From the NCBI RefSeq assembly GCF_001194135.2, contig NC_068988.1:32274894-32316806 (forward strand): a stretch of 41,913 bases of DNA, written 5' to 3'. The notes beneath the pieces are model-generated. The model did not search any database. It was not told where the DNA came from and was given only the letters and a program-made list of their open reading frames with translations. The position numbers and the translations under genes are program-made. Within the stretch, counting starts at the first letter, position 1, and every line of letters begins with the position of its first letter. Positions 35,186 to 41,913 of the stretch are shown here, in pieces. Source of the stretch: Octopus bimaculoides. Lineage: Eukaryota.

Positions 35186-38100
35186 TTCTTTTTAATGATT
35201 TAATAGCACGTATAACTTTTGATTTACCCACGTAAAATCTTGAAATGGAATCTGTAAGTTTCAGAAAAGTTTTCCGAATTTATCCTCTTTCTCCTCCGTT
35301 TTAAAAGAGAAATTTTGCATAAGCAAGAGAGCCGTAACCTATGATGGTACATACATGTTTTTGTCAATCTCAAAGAACAATATCTGTCTTATATTTACAC
35401 TTGACACTTGTGGACATTGGTTCAACCAATATCCCTTGTATTGTTGTTTGTGTATCCATTCACTAACAAGAGGATTCTCTGCATTTATTCTAGGGAAGTC
35501 TTTATTAGGAATGACATTGTATGTATGTTTGTTGGTATCTTTGCATATGGAAAGTGATTTAAAATCTTAGATAACAGTGTAAAAAACGAGAAATCTTAAA
35601 TGAAATAACTAAACGAATTGAAGGATGAGAAAAATCTGAGTAGAAAATAAAGCTTGAGTAAGTGAAAAAACAAATATGTGAAAAATATGTTTCTGGCAAT
35701 AAATAACATAGTTTAGCTATGATCAAGTGGGTGGGGTTATATCATTCACTTGTTTACAAAATTTAGATATATAACTGGAAAATGTTATGCTTTCCGGGAA
35801 CGTTGAGGGATGTATACATATATATATATTTATGAAAACGCGTCACATATTCAGACTTGCATACCCATGCAAAAATATAGTTATGCATATTTTCCTACAT
35901 ATTGGCATGCATATGTATGCGTGTATGTGTGCGTATATTTATGCGTGTATGTATGTATAAAATGCCAAGCTTTTCTCCAGCATCGGTAATTCCAATATGC
36001 ATTTAGCTGTAACTAGATAAATTCGACATATTGTCATGTTCAGAGAATGTGGAAATTTAAGAATTTTCCCAGGGGAACGTCCACCAGTTCTAGTGATTGT
36101 GTTCCACTTAGTTCACCTAGTTAACTGCTGCATTTTACGTCAGGATTTGGAAGTTATCAGTCATAAATAGGCTACAAATTTATAGTCGTTTTGATTATTT
36201 AATCTTCTTATGTGACTGGCTGGATTGAGAAAGTGTTTAGTTAGAGATATATTAACAAATCACACACACACACACAGGCGCTCATGCACACACGGTGTAT
36301 ATAAATGGTGTTATTCTCTCTAAATCTGCATTGCAACTGTGCAAGTATATGCAGTCCTGTGCAACGTGATGTGTTGGGTACAGTGGAAGTAAACTCCAAA
36401 GTAGAGAGAAAAGTGTTAGCAGGAATTGTGAATCTATCGAACTGTTGTCCAGTGAATATAGTAGATTCTACTGTTTTCATTATAACGAAAGCAAAGCTCC
36501 TCAATGAAGTTTGCATAACTTAGCTCCCATAGCCACCCTACAGAAATATGCAATATTCAACCAGAATACAAATGTATTAAAGAGGTAAAATGAGCTTCCC
36601 TAAATAAACAGTGTGGAAATATTAAATGCAGAGGAGGTGGTCTGTATGATGCATAGGTGCTGGATCGTGGCATTTACACACACACACACACACATACACA
36701 CACTCATACGCACATACACACACGCACACTTGCACGCGCGCGCGCACACACACGCGCGTATTGTAATGTATGACTGCTTCCACCGTATCATTTCATATGA
36801 ATATGAGCAAATACCTGAAACCTAAATAACTTGCAAAGAGACAAACGCAAAGAAAAGAGAAATAAACACATAAGAAATCACTTGTGCACACTCCCAGGTA
36901 TTAATATATTAATACATTCATAATATGCATATATGTGTATAAAGTTATATATGGTTGTAAATGCAGACGCAGACGCAAAAATATACACACAGGAGAAATG
37001 TACATATGCATGTATGAATGCATGTTTTATCTAACGTTTATCGCCTCGATATAGTCAACCGCAGAATCTTTTGTGATATTCAATCCAAAAGGATCAATAT
37101 ATAATGAATGACGTAAGCTCAATTTACCTCGATAAAATATGTCATGTTATAATGGAAAACTTTTGTAAATGTAATTGAAATACTGATAGGAGATTCCCCG
37201 ATAAGCTTGGCAACTGGACGACATATCCCAATACAATGTACTCATTTAATTATCTTTGAGTAGGTAGAAATATTTTGGCGTCATACAGCTTTAAGAACTA
37301 TTAAAATCATAAGAACGTTCGCCCATAGTCTTATTCCATATCTACGCAATTTTTATACGTTCGTTCATTCAGATAAATTTAAATGCATTATTTCATTTTA
37401 AAATGCATTAATTTAGTGTAAAATGCATTAATATTCAGTTTCTGAGTTTAATCTGTAAGAAATTTGCCAAAGGGCTTGGAGCCTACATGGAAAGAATGAC
37501 ATTTCGTTTAACCAGAATTAGAACATGAATAAGAGTATATAATGTGAATTCACCTTTCTCAGACAAAAATATGTAAACATCATTATATTAAGCATTTTTG
37601 GCAAAATGCACGCAAAATGCAAATATCTTTTATTTGAATGATAAAACATAAAATAAGTACGAGCCGCTGAGATGCTAACATGGACTAAAAAGAGAACATA
37701 TTTCTACAAGGAATAACATTCTAAAACTAGGCTAAAATAAGGAATTACTCTCTCAAGAAATAAAAGACACGTTATATGTTGTTAAAATTACATATATCTA
37801 GAAAAGAAAATACCATCTAGAATATATTTCGCTATAGGTCTGCTTAATTAGAGCTGACGAAGGGCTAACAGTAGCATGAATAAAAACAGCATTGAATATA
37901 TTTCTTGTAACATTTTAATGGATAAGAATCCGAATTTACATTATTTTCGGAAAAATGTAAGACTTTCCCCTCTAAATTCCGTTACTGTCACAATATTATT
38001 GGATATACCTTAATGTATTGATAAGTCTTGAGAGGCATTGTTGTTTAGCTTCATCTCAGTTTATATCTAGTAATTCTGTAGTCAACCTTATTTCAGTTGT

Positions 38101-39664
38101 GAATAAAGAAGAAAATCGTTTTTTTTTCAGACATTATTCTTTTTATAGGAGAGTGCGATGGGAAAGACAATTGGATTATCTTTCTTGTGGAATGCATGAT
38201 TAGAAAGAAATTCTTTTGTTGAGCAAGTATTCACCTTGTCTTGTTTTGAACCTATACTATTGCTGTTATTATTTTGTGGCAGTGTTTTAACTTCTGTTCA
38301 AATCTGCTCGATCAGAACAAACTTAAGAGTCGACCTTATCTTAACTGACCAATTGCTTTTACTGATAATAGTGAAGCCGAATGTCGTGTTGCGGCATAAA
38401 CATTTGCGTGGCCATAACGCGGTTAGAAAGACCAGCTACATTTTTCTAAAGTCTTCTCTTCGGAGTTTCCATTTATCAACACAGGTCAGACTACAAGGTT
38501 TTAGTTCCGACTTTGTATATATACGTGACATTTATTTCCACTATTTCACCGTTTCTGCTGAGTCGTTTGTTGCCCTTGATTCAACGAACTACTAAACATT
38601 AAATCATAAATTAGGACATTATATCATGACATTATTTAAAACGTTCTTTGCTTTCCTTCTGTTTATTTTTCTCATACTTTGTAATGTTTTTTCTTCTTTG
38701 CGTTTGTTGATCTGATAATATTTCTTCTGATGTTGTTGGAAGTCTTTCACTTTCAGATTTCACATTATCATATACAATCTTAAAATTCAAATGATAAATT
38801 CCAGACATGGCAAACATTTCTGAAAGAATGTTTTAAACATTATATATGACAAGTCAGATAAAAACAAAATAAATTATGGTTAGTTGATAACGTTGATATA
38901 AACAAAAATATAAAATGAAAAAAATCACTCTGTTTGCTTTGTGAAGATCATCAGATAGCTAAATACTTTTAGGCGGTTACTATAAATGCATTAATTTTCT
39001 TGGTCAACACAAGATTCATCGAGCAAATTCTGAATAACATCTTTCTATTAAATACATATGTACTGCTCTCCACACTCGAATATACACAGACATAAATAGG
39101 AGATACACAAACAGACATAAATAGGAGATACACACACACATAGACATTTATTAACAACAACTACAACAAGTAGAAAATATATTGTCATAAGATCNNNNNN
39201 NNNNNNNNNNNNNNNNNNNNNNNNNNNNNNNNNNNNNNNNNNNNNNNNNNNNNNNNNNNNNNNNNNNNNNNNNNNNNNNNNNNNNNNNNNNNNNNNNNNN
39301 NNNNNNNNNNNNNNNNNNNNNNNNNNNNNNNNNNNNNNNNNNNNNNNNNNNNNNNNNNNNNNNNNNNNNNNNNNNNNNNNNNNNNNNNNNNNNNNNNNNN
39401 NNNNNNNNNNNNNNNNNNNNNNNNNNNNNNNNNNNNNNNNNNNNNNNNNNNNNNNNNNNNNNNNNNNNNNNNNNNNNNNNNNNNNNNNNNNNNNNNNNNN
39501 NNNNNNNNNNNNNNNNNNNNNNNNNNNNNNNNNNNNNNNNNNNNNNNNNNNNNNNNNNNNNNNNNNNNNNNNNNNNNNNNNNNNNNNNNNNNNNNNNNNN
39601 NNNNNNNNNNNNNNNNNNNNNNNNNNNNNNNNNNNNNNNNNNNTATATATATATATATATATAT

Positions 39665-40054
39665 GTTGTTGATGTTGGCACTCCGTCGCTTACGACGTCG
39701 AGGGTTCCAGTTGATCTGATCAACGGAACAGCCAGCTCGTGAAATTAACGTACACGTGGCTGAGCACTCCACAGACACGTGTACCCTTAACGTAGTTCTC
39801 GGGGATATTCAGCGTCACACGGTGTGACAAGTCTGACCCTTTGAATTACAGGCACAACAGAGACAGGAAGTAAGAGTGAGAGAAAGTTGCGGTGAAAGAG
39901 TATAGCAGGGTTCGCCACAATCCTCTGCCGGAGCCTCGTGGGGCTTTAGGGGTTTTCGCTCAATAAACACTCACAACGCTAGGTCTGAGAATCGAAATTG
40001 CGATCCTATGACCGCGAGTCCGCTGCACTAACCACTGGGCCATTGCGCCTCCAC
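39665..40054 (-). mobile_element. tRNA-derived SINE, family C, full length (~390 bp)
   Basis: The minus-strand head 'tgtggaggcgcaaTGGCCCAGTGGttagtgcagcggactcgcggtcataggatcgcaaTTTCGATTCTC' has an A-box and a degenerate B-box. The 3' end is 'ggagtgccaacatcaacaac' followed by (AT)n. Confidence 0.85.
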
Positions 40055-40461
40055 ACNNNNNNNNNNNNNNNNNNNNNNNNNNNNNNNNNNNNNNNNNNNN
40101 NNNNNNNNNNNNNNNNNNNNNNNNNNNNNNNNNNNNNNNNNNNNNNNNNNNNNNNNNNNNNNNNNNNNNNNNNNNNNNNNNNNNNNNNNNNNNNNNNNNN
40201 NNNNNNNNNNNNNNNNNNNNNNNNNNNNNNNNNNNNNNNNNNNNNNNNNNNNNNNNNNNNNNNNNNNNNNNNNNNNNNNNNNNNNNNNNNNNNNNNNNNN
40301 NNNNNNNNNNNNNNNNNNNNNNNNNNNNNNNNNNNNNNNNNNNNNNNNNNNNNNNNNNNNNNNNNGGAGGTGGTCAAACTCTGTTTAAGGAGTAGACAAC
40401 CACCATATATATACATATATGCATATATACATACATATACACACACACACACACACACACC

Positions 40462-40529
<68 letters not shown>

Positions 40530-41879
40530 TATATACATACATATATGTACATGCATACATATAGATGTATATAGATATGCATAACTGGGTAGAGAACGTC
40601 ACAAAACGTAAACGATATGTAATACGAAAATAAAGTTGGGTATGCAAACAACGAGAGAAACAAATTGAAAAGAAGACAAATAACATAGAATAAAAGGACC
40701 CTTCATTAGTTGTCTGCTTTCCTTCTACTCCTTATTTCGAGCATACTGAAATTTAGTTATTTATTCGAACACATAATTCTCATTATTATGTATAAACGCT
40801 GTTTGATTAGTATATTTCAGTGTGAAATTTGTAGTATACATAAATATATTTAACCTTACTGCTCGCATTTCATGGGTTAACTTTCAACATGTTTAATAAC
40901 TTTGGTATAAGAATTTCTACTTTTCAAATTCATTTAAATGAGAAATGGATTTCCATTTGTTTTTGCTTTATTTTCTTTGGAAATCTAATTATTAGAATGG
41001 CGAGAAAAATCTATCAGTATAATAGCCTCTTAATATTCTAGATGTGATCGTAATGAATAGTTTAGATGTTAGATGAAAACATATAAAAAATTCAAATTGA
41101 CAAATTGTTAGGTTTTGTTTTCATTTCTGTCTAAATAAAGTGCTTTTTTATTGAGCTTTCTCACAGTTTTTCTCTTAATAAAAGCAAAGAAATGCCTTAT
41201 CTCGTTTTCTTTCTTTGTAAGTTGTCTTGGATACGCATAAATAAATTTTAGTCGTTACAGCTGTGTAGTGGATATGTTATTTTTATAAGAATATTTTCCA
41301 TGACTTGTTAACTGCAATGTCATTAATTATTAATACTACGAAGCATAATAGTCGTGGAGCAAATTACCTAATGGAAGATCATACAATAAAAGCAATGCTC
41401 TCATGTACTTTTTTCCGAGTTTCTTTTAATAATCGATAACGTAAAAGTAATACTCGTAATATATACTTTCATCTGAATGATAACTTTGCTATACGCGATA
41501 TGATATATTTCGTATTTAAAATTATGTAAATACAGAATGTTAGGGCATAATGAGGAAGCAATCGTGCGCTTCAAATTCTGAGCTGTCCATGAATACACGA
41601 GATGATGGAAGTGTTTACATAACCTTAGATAAATAGTATTTAATTTCTTTTGCTTTGTATGAAAGAACTTTGTTCTCTACGTCAATGTGTACCTTCAGGG
41701 TAAATTCAGACTGTCAATACTACACCAAAATGCATCTTCATGATATTGCGGAAGCAGTTATACTTGTTCCTGCTGTTACTGCTACTAACGTTGTGTGTGA
41801 TGTTTTTTCTTTACCTGTGCCGATCAGGTCAGTCCTCATGGAAGACACCTAACATCATATTATGTTTCCATTGACCTTA

Positions 41880-41913
<34 letters not shown>

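Noticed and set aside
36330-36436. Idea that in-frame TAG/TAA codons downstream of the candidate exon are recoded to Trp by A-to-I editing
   Set aside because: No homologue is recognisable to justify read-through, and further stops follow. It is pure speculation.
1-41913. CRISPR arrays, rRNA, or prokaryotic operon features
   Set aside because: There are no regularly spaced 25-45 bp repeats with unique spacers and no rRNA motifs. The sequence is eukaryotic, repeat-rich DNA.

Overview
This is AT-rich, microsatellite-dense animal genomic DNA with ten N-gaps, most of them next to simple repeats. The SINE, LINE and Penelope families present look like octopus (coleoid cephalopod) repeats; that assignment comes from pattern recognition, not a database search. 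I recognise no host protein-coding gene, so the window is probably intronic or intergenic. Nearly all ORFs in the supplied track are microsatellite or gap artefacts, or transposon remnants. Supported content: the 3' end of an R4/Dong-like LINE followed by (AAT)n-flanked repeats; about 11 tRNA-type SINE copies or fragments in three families; four decayed Tc1/mariner elements; two Penelope-like (GIY-YIG) retroelement remnants of different types; and a decayed CR1/L2-group LINE reverse transcriptase. The most interesting signal is a set of minimal hammerhead-ribozyme (HHR)-like folds in three unrelated repeat families (7550-7586, 11561-11606, and 14607-14696 plus 15051-15088). These include non-canonical cores, a head-to-head double-HHR palindrome nested in a SINE, and a compensatory base change between copies. 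A few candidate exons with good splice signals are listed at low confidence only.
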